From assembly GCA_044226015.1 (NCBI GenBank), contig JBGAHS010000001.1, forward strand, positions 416,001 to 480,000: a DNA stretch of 64,000 bases. Reading direction: 5' to 3'. The notes under the pieces are model-generated. The model had not been told where the DNA came from. It ran no database searches and saw only the letters and a list, made by a program, of their open reading frames with translations. This document shows positions 1 to 9,255 of the stretch, piece after piece (the stretch's first letter is position 1; each line of letters opens with the position of its first letter). Source of the DNA: Candidatus Obscuribacteraceae bacterium (GTDB taxonomy: Bacteria; Cyanobacteriota; Vampirovibrionia; Obscuribacterales; Obscuribacteraceae). Both the position numbers and the translations under genes were made by a program.

Positions 1-3000
1 AGATTCCTTTCTGGTAGGCTTCAAGAGCTTTGCTACCAGGTTCTGAGAGTTGCTTGTTGAAACCTTCTCGCTGCCTTTCGATGACTTGATTTTTCAAGGC
101 TGGAGTCAGTCCTTCGATTTCTTTTGCATTTTGCTTGTAAAAATCAATGGCTGCTTGCTGTTCTGGGGTTGGCTTCTTACCTGCCAGCTCTTTTTCGAGC
201 CGCTGTCCTTCGAAGAGCCTGTCGGCGCGTGAACCGCTTTCAATATCATTCAGTTGTTTAGCAACGGCTCGGCCTTCCATGAAAGGACGAACCACCTTAT
301 CCTGCTGGTACGCCTCGAGCTGTTTGCGCTGGTCGCCGGTCAAATCGCTGTCTTTGATTTTTCCTGAGGCCAGGTCTTGTTGCAAGCGATAACCGGCTCC
401 GATGTCTTTGTATTGTGATTCAGGAATATTTCCGAATGCCGGTACTTTCTGCCTGAGGGCATCGAGATCGCCTTTGTCAGCAGCCTCGTTTATGGAAAGT
501 CCTTTTGCAACTTTCTCGTCAAGAAGTTTTTGTGCCTTCTCTATATACTCTCCACCGCCAAGATTCTTTTCTAGAGCGGTAGCCATTTGCTTGTGAAATT
601 CAGACGCGTACTCGCGTTTGTCTCCAGGAACACCACCTGTGATACTATTGTCCGCGCCCGCTGTACCGCGACTTCCCGCAAGCAACTGGTTAAATGTTTT
701 CTGGTCCATTGACTCAATGGCCTGGGCATTCACCTGATTGCTATTGAACCAATGTCCTCCAATTGGAGCAACTTTTGCGGCAACGTCAGTGCCACCCTTG
801 TGAAGAGTCTGGTCGATGTATTTTTCGACCTTTTTGTCAACTCCAAAATAGTGAAGTGACTTGAAAGAGTCCATCATGTCGTTATAGAACTTCAGCGCCT
901 CTTGTTCTTTTGGCGTGAACTTCGCCCGTTCTTCAGGGCTAGCTTTTGCTAGTTTCGCTCCATCAGCAAATTGAGCTCGTTTCTCTGACTTCAATCCGGC
1001 CAAAGTGTGCTCGATCACATTGTCATCATTGCTAAACACGCCTGCCGCTTTCTGAATTTGCGTATGCGGGCGTAGTGCGCCGGTCTCCGCAAAGTCGGTT
1101 GCCTGCTGCACGGCAAATTTGTCGACTTCTTCCCAGGTATTTCCTGCCTCGTCTGCTCTCGTAGTCGTGAATGCCTGCGTGATTTTTTCTTGTCCGCCGT
1201 TTTTGGTCCAGGCTTCTCTGCCGCTGTCTTTCACGAGGCTGGTAGCTTCCTGGAAGTAGTCCAATTTGCGACCACCAGACAGAGCTGCGTCGAGAATTTT
1301 TCCTTCCTCTTCGGCTGTACGAATATCTTTGCCTTTCTCTAGCGAAATGCTGAGCACGGCTTTCGTATAGGCATCGCGTTCCATGATGCCACTACCCGAG
1401 CCACCAGGCTGGAACTGCGATTTTAGATCTTTGTTGTAGATGTTATGGAATGCGTCCACATAATTCTTGCGCTCTTGCTCGGTAGCGTTCCCGAGTATAT
1501 TGCGTGTGCTTGCAGCTATTTCTGACTGGCTGCGATCTCGGTTCCAGAACCAGCGGCTTGATTCCTCGGCGTTGACAGCAAGCTGAATGGCTTTGTCTTC
1601 TCCCGCGTTACCTTTACGGTTTAAGTACCCTTGCACTTCTGCCCAGCGGTGTGTATCAGAGCCTTCGTCGAAGCGTTTGTAGAGGTCTCCCCAGAGTCCA
1701 TGTCCAGTGCGGTCTTGGTACACATGTTTCAACATGTGTGTTTGCTCTGCATCGAGGTCGGCAAGCTGAGCGCGAATGTCTTTTATTGCGTTTGAGTTGT
1801 ACCAATAATCGATTGTCTTTCTGATTTCATCGGCATTGCTGGCGATGGCTTTGTCGGTGCGCTCTACTTTTGTTCCGTCAAGTGCGTACTCAGCGACGCT
1901 GCCATAATAATGTTTGTCGGTAAGCTTGCCGGTATTCTGGTCAACAGAAGTGAATCCCTTCCACTGTTTTCCTGTACCATCTTGGGTCCAGTTGAAGCCG
2001 TCATATGTTCGGTAGGTGCTGGCTGTGGGTCCTTCGCCGTAAGTGACTTCACTCAGGCGATTTGGGCGACCAAGAAGATCTTTATTGTTTGGCAACTCAT
2101 ATTTATAGCTGCGCAGGAAGCCGTTGGCGTCTCTGGTCGAGCCTATCAGCCCATCCGGACGATATTCGATCATCGAGCCGTCGGTATTTTTAACTAACTT
2201 TGTTTTGTCCAGCCTATCTGTTAGCTCGAAGCCATTTTCTCCCTTCAATGACATGCTGCCATCTTTACCGACACTGAACATTCCTGGTCTGACGTCGTTT
2301 GTTTTATTCGGGTCTTCGTTCTTGTACATCACCTGCCCTTTGTCGAGGGCGGCTTTGTCGAGAGAGTATTTGTTGCCGTTATCGTTGAATGAAGTGACTA
2401 GGTTCGGGTATTTCTCATTTTCATAAGCAAATGATCGTTTGAAAGGACCCTTGCTTACCTCGGTTGTACGTCCTAAAGCATCTGTTTTCTGCACAGTTCC
2501 GTCAGGCGATTTTATTTCTCTGCCCGTATATTTGTTTTGGGCGTCGTACTGGTAGTTGGTCTCCGTAAAACTGCCTTTGCCGTCAGGCACCTTTTCAGAC
2601 AACTTTCTGCCATCAGCGCTGATCGTTGCAGATGAACCATCTGTGCTGGTTCGCTCGATAGTACTGGGCGACTTTTCGTTATTCTGCTTAAGCAAGTTCC
2701 CTTGCGAATCAAAACCAACTGAGAATTTTTGAGGATTTGTAGCTTTGTCCTCTGTTCCGTCAGCGTTATGCTTAGTCCAGGTTTTGTTATCAGCTGATGT
2801 CCAATACGCGCCTTTCTCTTTAGGATCTTCAAAGCGGTTAGGTTGCTTATTGTCGCCATAAGCAACTTTATATTGTTCCTCGCCTATCTTCAGGCTGGTG
2901 TATCGCCCGCCTTCGGCTTTCAGAGTGCTGCCGTCTGTCTTGCGAATCTCCTCAACCGCTTTGCCATCTACTTTCTTTTGCTCAACTAGGTCTCCATTCG

Positions 3001-5575
3001 GAGTCAAGGAGAATGTTGCGGTTTTTGTTTCAGGTGGATTCGTTCCGTCTTTAGTCCAGGTTTTGCCACCATCAGCAGTGCTAAGCTTGCCTTCCTTTCC
3101 GAGGTCGATTTTGGAGAGAACGCCCTTAGCATCATATTCGAACTTGCGAACCTGTCCGTCAGTTGTTTTAGTCTCGACGATTTGTCCGAGGTCATTTTTT
3201 GTGACAGTAGATTTGTCTGCGTTGGTTTTGCTTAGCAGTCGCTGACCGTTTTCACCTTGCGTTTCCTGCCATCCATCTCGCCGTGTGACGGTTTCTGCTG
3301 CGCCTTCGTTTTTAATTCGAAGCGTGCCTTCTTTATCAACGCTTCTGGTGCCCTCAACAATTTTGCTTGTGCCATCTTGCGCCCAGCGCTCATGAGCTTG
3401 CTTTTTGTCATCCATGCGATCGGGCAACCGGCTGAACGAGGTGCCATCAGGCATCTTCATTCCGGTGAGTCTGCTGTTCGCATCATAGGTGTAACTAGTG
3501 GTCTTTCCATCGGGTGTGGTCGTGCTGCGTACGTTCTGCTTTTCGTCTCGTTCGACCGTTGAGCCGTCCACATTGTGCACAAGTTCGCCTTTGCTGGCGC
3601 TGTCCGCAAAGTGCAGATTTCCGCTCTTGTCCATGCTGAACTCGCCTTTACGCTGAAGTCCATCATTGGAGGTCCATACATCTTCTTTGCCAGCTTCCTT
3701 ACTGCGAGTCCAGACCTGATCACCGACTCTAGCCTCGCTCACCTTTGCGGGAGCGTCTGGTTTTGCCGGATCCTTCTCCGTCTTCACCGCGAGCCTGACA
3801 CCATCAGCGGTGCTCGATTGTTCGGCTTCACCCGCTTTGTTGTAACTAACACTGGTTCCATCGTTATTTAGAACTGTTTTCTCGCCACCAGAAGAGATAG
3901 TGATTGCATCTCTCGTTCTAGTCAGTACTTTGTTCTGTGAACGAAACTCATAGTCGCCGTTTGCTTTCACAGTCGGGGTGCCGTCGATTTTAATTCCGGT
4001 TCCTGCCTGCTTGAATGTTTTTCCGCCGTCACTTGACTCGAAACTATTAGGACCGAGGCTATCATTTATTTTTGTTATGTTGCCCTTTGCGTCGCGCTCA
4101 ATGCTGACTCTCTGTCCATCGCGATCCACCTGCATAACACGATCATTATTGTCGTACTGCGCAACGGTCTTTCCATCCGCTGATCTTGTTTCTTTGCCGA
4201 GGTAATCGCCTTGCTCGTTTCTCTTAAAGGTTGTTTTCGTGCCGTCTGCATTTTCTGAACTCAATTCGGTTCCTTTGGCATCATACTGATGCTTGGTGCC
4301 TTTTGAGTCGACAAGCTCTGAGCTTCCATCAGCCTTTTTAAAGCTGATGGATTTGTTGTCTTTGTCTACGGTCACACTGTCGTATTGTTTTTTGTCGCCG
4401 TTATACCAGCCATCAGCACGTTTTTCGAGCACCGATTTATCTGGCATTGTAATTTTGCTGGGCTCGCCAGCCGGTTCGTATTTGATTCCAAACTTTTGCT
4501 TGCCTGCCGCTATTTCGCTCAGGTCGTGATTCTTATCCGTGGTGACCAGTGAGCCGTCGGTTTTGTGCTCGACTTCAGTTCCATTCTTATAAACATCAGT
4601 GACTTTACCGTCTTCGACTTTGACGGTGCCATCCCAGTTTTGCTTCGTACCATTCGGAAGCGTTTTTTCCCACTTCGTTTTGTCTGCGTCTACAGCGTCC
4701 CACTTGCCGTTGCCGTAATCAACTGAACTGGGCTGCTTCTCATCGCCTTTATAACCAAGAGTAGTCTTGCCACCTAATCTGTCTGTGATATGCTCGGGGC
4801 GATCTTGCGAGTCGTAATTAATTTTTGAGCCATCGAGTTGCCTGGACTCGTGCTCGCCGCTCTTCGCTTTGCTATGAAGTGCACCTTTTTCGTCAACCCA
4901 GCGCTCACCTTCAAAGGTTTTGCCGGTGTTTTCGTTTTTCCAGCTGCCGTCTTTTTGTTTTGACCAGCTGCCGTCGGCGTCTGTGTAAGAACTCAGCTTG
5001 CCGTTTTTATCTAACTTGTAGCTGGTCTCTTCTCCGTTTGCGCCTACGGTCTTGATAGTTTGTTTGTCAGCACTTGTGGTGATCTTCGAGCCATCGGAAT
5101 TGAAGCTTGTTTCATCAATTAACTTCTTTTTGGCATCAAGGTGCTTTTCAGTCTTGCTAATTTCCGAGCCGGGAGGGAACTCTCTTGTGCTCGTGAACGT
5201 GCCATCGCCGTGCTTTTGCAGCTTTTCAGGGTCGCTTTTCGCTTCGGCGACTTTTTCGCCTTTGGGTCCAGGTTTTGCCTCTCCAGCTTTAGTCCCGTCA
5301 CCGGGTTTAGCTTCGCCTGCTTTTGTTTTGTCGCCCTTGTCTGCCTTCTCAGTTTCTTTCTTTTTCTCTTCGTCAGTCTGCCCTTCAAGAGCTTTTTTGG
5401 GCTTTCCATTAGAGTCCACCACTGTCGTGTTCGGCAGTGTCTTGCTGGCATCTTCTTCGGGCTTTTTCGGCGCCGGCGTCTCTAACGCTTCCTTTGCAAG
5501 CGCGCTGGAGGCTGCGTCTTTAGACTTATCCTCTGGTTTGTCTTTCTCTTTTTTACTCTCGTCTACATCTGCCAT
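1..5575 (-). CDS. Giant (>1858 aa, 3' end outside window) protein: charged leader, YD/RHS-like repeat region, annexin-like helical repeats
   Basis: ATG at 5575 (MADVDESKKEKDKPEDKSKDAASSALAKEALE...). Hand translation stays open to the window edge (...FNKQLSEPGSKALEAYQKGI), which explains its absence from the ORF track. YD-like units such as TTTPDGKTTSYTYDANSRLTGMKMPDG and VRKFEYDAKGVLSKI; helical repeats such as ADEIRKTIDYWYNSNAIKDIRAQLADLDAEQTHMLKHVYQDRTGHGLWGDLYKRF. Confidence 0.85.
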   Translation of the reverse strand, partial: MADVDESKKEKDKPEDKSKDAASSALAKEALETPAPKKPEEDASKTLPNTTVVDSNGKPKKALEGQTDEEKKKETEKADKGDKTKAGEAKPGDGTKAGEAKPGPKGEKVAEAKSDPEKLQKHGDGTFTSTREFPPGSEISKTEKHLDAKKKLIDETSFNSDGSKITTSADKQTIKTVGANGEETSYKLDKNGKLSSYTDADGSWSKQKDGSWKNENTGKTFEGERWVDEKGALHSKAKSGEHESRQLDGSKINYDSQDRPEHITDRLGGKTTLGYKGDEKQPSSVDYGNGKWDAVDADKTKWEKTLPNGTKQNWDGTVKVEDGKVTDVYKNGTEVEHKTDGSLVTTDKNHDLSEIAAGKQKFGIKYEPAGEPSKITMPDKSVLEKRADGWYNGDKKQYDSVTVDKDNKSISFKKADGSSELVDSKGTKHQYDAKGTELSSENADGTKTTFKRNEQGDYLGKETRSADGKTVAQYDNNDRVMQVDRDGQRVSIERDAKGNITKINDSLGPNSFESSDGGKTFKQAGTGIKIDGTPTVKANGDYEFRSQNKVLTRTRDAITISSGGEKTVLNNDGTSVSYNKAGEAEQSSTADGVRLAVKTEKDPAKPDAPAKVSEARVGDQVWTRSKEAGKEDVWTSNDGLQRKGEFSMDKSGNLHFADSASKGELVHNVDGSTVERDEKQNVRSTTTPDGKTTSYTYDANSRLTGMKMPDGTSFSRLPDRMDDKKQAHERWAQDGTSKIVEGTRSVDKEGTLRIKNEGAAETVTRRDGWQETQGENGQRLLSKTNADKSTVTKNDLGQIVETKTTDGQVRKFEYDAKGVLSKIDLGKEGKLSTADGGKTWTKDGTNPPETKTATFSLTPNGDLVEQKKVDGKAVEEIRKTDGSTLKAEGGRYTSLKIGEEQYKVAYGDNKQPNRFEDPKEKGAYWTSADNKTWTKHNADGTEDKATNPQKFSVGFDSQGNLLKQNNEKSPSTIERTSTDGSSATISADGRKLSEKVPDGKGSFTETNYQYDAQNKYTGREIKSPDGTVQKTDALGRTTEVSKGPFKRSFAYENEKYPNLVTSFNDNGNKYSLDKAALDKGQVMYKNEDPNKTNDVRPGMFSVGKDGSMSLKGENGFELTDRLDKTKLVKNTDGSMIEYRPDGLIGSTRDANGFLRSYKYELPNNKDLLGRPNRLSEVTYGEGPTASTYRTYDGFNWTQDGTGKQWKGFTSVDQNTGKLTDKHYYGSVAEYALDGTKVERTDKAIASNADEIRKTIDYWYNSNAIKDIRAQLADLDAEQTHMLKHVYQDRTGHGLWGDLYKRFDEGSDTHRWAEVQGYLNRKGNAGEDKAIQLAVNAEESSRWFWNRDRSQSEIAASTRNILGNATEQERKNYVDAFHNIYNKDLKSQFQPGGSGSGIMERDAYTKAVLSISLEKGKDIRTAEEEGKILDAALSGGRKLDYFQEATSLVKDSGREAWTKNGGQEKITQAFTTTRADEAGNTWEEVDKFAVQQATDFAETGALRPHTQIQKAAGVFSNDDNVIEHTLAGLKSEKRAQFADGAKLAKASPEERAKFTPKEQEALKFYNDMMDSFKSLHYFGVDKKVEKYIDQTLHKGGTDVAAKVAPIGGHWFNSNQVNAQAIESMDQKTFNQLLAGSRGTAGADNSITGGVPGDKREYASEFHKQMATALEKNLGGGEYIEKAQKLLDEKVAKGLSINEAADKGDLDALRQKVPAFGNIPESQYKDIGAGYRLQQDLASGKIKDSDLTGDQRKQLEAYQQDKVVRPFMEGRAVAKQLNDIESGSRADRLFEGQRLEKELAGKKPTPEQQAAIDFYKQNAKEIEGLTPALKNQVIERQREGFNKQLSEPGSKALEAYQKGI

Positions 5576-5845
5576 CGTTTAACATCCGTCAGCGGTCTGC
5601 CAGGCCCTGGACATGGGTATACCCCGATGGGTATTCTCCTATGCCCTTGGCATTTCGTCATTAAGCGGTGTCTGCTCGACGGGGGTGTTAGAATCGTGCG
5701 ATGTTCACCGAGACCCTTATGCCCCATGGTGGGAGGGGGCGAAACCAGACCTCAAGTTAAATCCTCATGACAATTTTGAGAAATGATTTATTTGCAGGCG
5801 TTTCGGGCTTGATAGAAGTGGATTAATTTTCAGGTGGGAATTTGA

Positions 5846-6379
5846 ATGACTGAGCAATCTCTCGAGGAACTGATTAATGCTGAAACGGCTAAGCTTCGGG
5901 CGGCTTTTTTGGAACAGCTGAAATTGGAGATTGAAAAGGCTCGAGGGAACAGCACAGTAGTTGTCTGCCTTAGCTCACAGAATCCCAGTCCAGATTACTT
6001 TCCGACGCAACAAGCACAGCTCTCGATTTCTTTTGAATTGCTGGGCGTCCTGCAAGAGGCTCATGTTGACGGCGTTGCTGCTCAATGGGAATACGAAAAT
6101 ATTGGGTTCATTTGTCGGGGTCAAAACCGAAGCGATTATGCTGGGAAGGTCGACAAAGCCATCGAAATCGTTGCCGAGCGGGAATTTGGACGTATGATGC
6201 CGCAGCGAAAAATTGCAGTCAATTTTGGACTTGCCTCTTTTCCTCACGACTCAGAGCACCCTGAGCAGTTAATGCAGCAAGCTTTCCTTGCGCTGAGAGC
6301 AGCGCAGGAGGCTGGACCTAACAAAATGGGTTGTTTCTGGATGTTGAAATCAACTCCGTTTCCTCCAGTTTACCCCTAA
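5846..6379 (+). CDS. Degenerate GGDEF/nucleotide-cyclase-fold protein
   Basis: C-terminal VNFGLASFPHDSEHPEQLMQQAFLALRAAQEAGPNK matches the GGDEF tail (SxGxAxxPxD...LxxxADxALYxAKxxGxN); the GG[DE]EF site is replaced by QWEYENI. Confidence 0.65.
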   Translation: MTEQSLEELINAETAKLRAAFLEQLKLEIEKARGNSTVVVCLSSQNPSPDYFPTQQAQLSISFELLGVLQEAHVDGVAAQWEYENIGFICRGQNRSDYAGKVDKAIEIVAEREFGRMMPQRKIAVNFGLASFPHDSEHPEQLMQQAFLALRAAQEAGPNKMGCFWMLKSTPFPPVYP

Positions 6380-6571
6380 ACAAATTATTGCTTCTTGCGA
6401 TATTGTCCGGGCTGCTAATACTTCGCAGCGGTACACGATTATGCAGTGCTGCCCAGTAATCGCCGTACATTTTATTTGAATCTCGCTCATAATTTTTGAT
6501 CAACGTGATCTTACGGTGGGCTAGGCGCGTAGTTAGTCTTAACCTCTTTTTGTTGGTTGAGGGCAGTCGCA

Positions 6572-7573
6572 ATGGTCCAGGATAATTTTGGTTCGCATTC
6601 TCTTCGTACAAACAGAGAGCTTTTAAGCCCTGCTGTCGCATCTGATGAGAGTCATCAGTCGACGTGGGATGTTGTGCGTGACGGTCTCTGGCAGGGGCTT
6701 CAGGACAGAGGAAAACAAGCTCAAGAAAATTCGGTCGCGACTTCACTTGAGTTTGTCGGCTCGGCTGGTATAGCTGCAGGACTCGTTCAGGCTGCTAATG
6801 CAGGTGGGCGCTGGCGCTTCGCAGCTGAGCTTGCAGGAACTGTGTTAACGCTGGTGGCGGGTGCCGATCTGTTCAATCGAGGAATGAACATTGGCAGAGC
6901 TTACGGTGCCACCACAGACGATACCGCTGGAAACGCAATTAGAAAAGATGCCATAGCGAAGAACGCTGGAAGTGGAATTTTCGATTACGCATTGATGTTC
7001 TCGGGTGGCTCAATTGGTGCAGGCGGCGCTCTGAAAGCCTCCATCGCCAGACCTATAGAATTCACTCAGCCTGGTTCGGCAAGAATCACTTTTAGAAGTA
7101 GTGACCGAGCAGCGCTTGCCGAAGAAGGTCCCAAAAAAGGCTTAGACGTTGAAAAAGTGAGTGATGACATGGCGTACTCGCTGGACTATAACATCAGCCG
7201 CACCGCTATGGAGAAAATTTCCGAGTCTTTACAGAAGGCAAATCCTGAGGAATTCAATGGACTTTTGCGCAGGCTGGAGGAGAAAGATCGTAAGTTTCAA
7301 GGAATGGATTTACAGCTCACTAACTGGAGCGAAGTCGCCCAGCGATGGGAGTCCGCAAAGCTTCACCACACTGATGAAAACATGACCACGTATATGATTG
7401 TTCAGCGTGGTGACACCGCAGCAAGAATTGCTGAGCTTGAAACTCGCCCAATGCAGAACAGAACAGAGGACGACATTACATTTTATCGTGATGCTTTGAT
7501 TCGAAAGAATAAGATTAGCGACCCTGATAATCTCTTGTCGGGCTCAATTTTGCGCTTGCCATTCGCATCATGA
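6572..7573 (+). CDS. Hypothetical protein with Gly/Ala-rich hydrophobic helices and C-terminal LysM-like domain
   Basis: YMIVQRGDTAARIA...LIRKNKISDPDNLLSGSILRLP is LysM-like. ATG 6572 preferred over the TTG at 6557. Confidence 0.7.
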   Translation: MVQDNFGSHSLRTNRELLSPAVASDESHQSTWDVVRDGLWQGLQDRGKQAQENSVATSLEFVGSAGIAAGLVQAANAGGRWRFAAELAGTVLTLVAGADLFNRGMNIGRAYGATTDDTAGNAIRKDAIAKNAGSGIFDYALMFSGGSIGAGGALKASIARPIEFTQPGSARITFRSSDRAALAEEGPKKGLDVEKVSDDMAYSLDYNISRTAMEKISESLQKANPEEFNGLLRRLEEKDRKFQGMDLQLTNWSEVAQRWESAKLHHTDENMTTYMIVQRGDTAARIAELETRPMQNRTEDDITFYRDALIRKNKISDPDNLLSGSILRLPFAS

Positions 7574-7707
7574 GTTCTAAACCCATCTGTCTCTTCAAAG
7601 TTGTGAATCGAGGACTGCGCACTCTTCTTATTTTGAATTCAGTCTTGCATAACTTGTAATTCTTGCATCACACAGAATTGCAGGCTCGTTCTTTGGATTG
7701 GTGGCGA

Positions 7708-8322
7708 TCAACACTTGCCCCAACCTGGCAATTTCGCGGCTTGTTTTATCCATTTTGCCAGTTGCTGTTCGTCAAAATCATCTTCGTGAATATCAATCCA
7801 TCTTGCTTCTTCACTAGTTCCTCCTTCCGGAGCAGGTCTAAGGGATGTTCCTTTAAAGAAAGTTGCCTTGACGTAGTTTGTAAATACATGAAAGCTGAGA
7901 AACCACCCCTGTCCCTTGATACCATAAAACGGCGAATTCCACTTAACTGCCTTGCTTACTTCAGGAACATTCTCATCGACGAGCGCATCAATTCGTTGTC
8001 CAATGGACCGTTTCCAACCAGGCATACTAGCAATGTATTTTTGCACCGGATCATTGCCAGAAGCCTTCGCAATTTGCGGGTTTCCGCCGCTTAGAAGCTT
8101 CACTTCGTCTGTGCTCTTTGTTTTTTTACTTGTTGATTTTGCTACAGGTTTTGTGCCAGTGCTCTTGCTCTGCGCCCTCTTTGCGGTTTTCATTAATGTG
8201 GTCTCTTTTTTCGTAGATGGCTTACTTGTCGCAACTGTGTTTTTTGTTTTGCTTGATGACACTGCTTTTTCTTGAGTTGTGCTTAGTCGCGTTTTTTTGT
8301 TTGAGTTCTTTTGAGCCATCAT
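7708..8322 (-). CDS. DUF1801 (YdhG/YdeI-like) domain protein with Lys/Thr/Ser-rich N-terminal extension
   Basis: LLSGGNPQIAK...YIASMPGWKR...KAVKWNSPFYG typical of DUF1801. ATG 8322 has AAGGA upstream; the track start at 8442 is probably too long. Confidence 0.8.
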   Translation of the reverse strand: MMAQKNSNKKTRLSTTQEKAVSSSKTKNTVATSKPSTKKETTLMKTAKRAQSKSTGTKPVAKSTSKKTKSTDEVKLLSGGNPQIAKASGNDPVQKYIASMPGWKRSIGQRIDALVDENVPEVSKAVKWNSPFYGIKGQGWFLSFHVFTNYVKATFFKGTSLRPAPEGGTSEEARWIDIHEDDFDEQQLAKWIKQAAKLPGWGKC

Positions 8323-8504
8323 TTTTTTCCTTTTATTTTTTTTCTTGAGAGCTGGGCCATATCTGTTTTTCGAAACACTTAGAGCATGCACGATTAGTGG
8401 TTCAGATTCGCAAGTTTTGCGACGACTTATCTTTTCTTGCACCTTGTGTCAGGTCCAGAATTTTGCTGAGCGGGGCTCGCGCCTGCTACCTCATGCTTTT
8501 AGCC

Positions 8505-8543
8505 AAAAGAAAAGAGAGGCTCGCTTGGCAAGTCTCCCTTTTC
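8505..8543 (-). terminator. Intrinsic terminator downstream of 8564..8968
   Basis: Minus strand GAAAAGGGAGACTTGC-CAA-GCGAGCCTCTCTTTTC followed by TTTT. Confidence 0.6.
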
Positions 8544-8563
8544 AGATTTCAAAAAATAGTGAA

Positions 8564-8968
8564 TTACTCTTTGTCAGACATGCTCATTGACGCTGTGCTG
8601 AAAGGGTGTTCAACGCAGTTGTCAACTGAGTTCTTTGGTCCGTCAACCAGACCTTGTCCTGAACCCATAACAGTTCCAGTCACGATTGAGACTGGTGCCA
8701 TGAAAATTCTGGCTGCTGTATTATCTTCGCCACCAACCTTGCCTGCGAATGCCTTGTCGTGGGCTTGAATATTTTTCAGTGAATGCTTCACCATTGAAAC
8801 TGGCGTTCCAACAACTGCGCCTACTCCGAAAGCCAGTACGCGAACAGGAATCAGAACAGTATTTGTAGCCGGGTCATCGCCTGCAAAAGCTGGTGCTGCA
8901 CTTAATGACATCATAGCCAAACATGCTGAGCTAATTAGTTTTTTCATCTTGAACTCCAAGAAGACCAT
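8564..8968 (-). CDS. Small exported hypothetical protein
   Basis: Signal-peptide-like MKKLISSACLAMMSLSAAPAFA; two amphipathic PV-containing segments. Confidence 0.7.
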   Translation of the reverse strand: MVFLEFKMKKLISSACLAMMSLSAAPAFAGDDPATNTVLIPVRVLAFGVGAVVGTPVSMVKHSLKNIQAHDKAFAGKVGGEDNTAARIFMAPVSIVTGTVMGSGQGLVDGPKNSVDNCVEHPFSTASMSMSDKE

Positions 8969-9255
8969 AGTAAAAAGTCGATACTGTCCATGATATTAGC
9001 GCAGTTTTTCCTGGAGGTGAACACAAATTTACTAATGTAAGGCGATAAATCCGCGAGAGCCTTATTCAGTTTTGTTTTGCGTGTTCACTGGATCCGCAAA
9101 AGCTATTGACGATGTCTAAGAATCCCTTGCGAAATTCTGGGTTGTTGTAGTCCATGCGATTCTCTGCTCGCGACGTGACGGGTAGCGAACTCCTTAGTTC
9201 ATCATTTCATTGATTGTGAATCAATGAATCGTGTTCGGATTTTTGCAGATCAAGT

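Noticed and set aside
50..5582. Many short ORFs listed on both strands
   Set aside because: Shadow or alternative frames of the giant minus-strand ORF; no motifs.
5598..5652. Leader hairpin of the giant gene as a c-di-GMP riboswitch
   Set aside because: No recognisable c-di-GMP-I or -II consensus; only an imperfect stem-loop.
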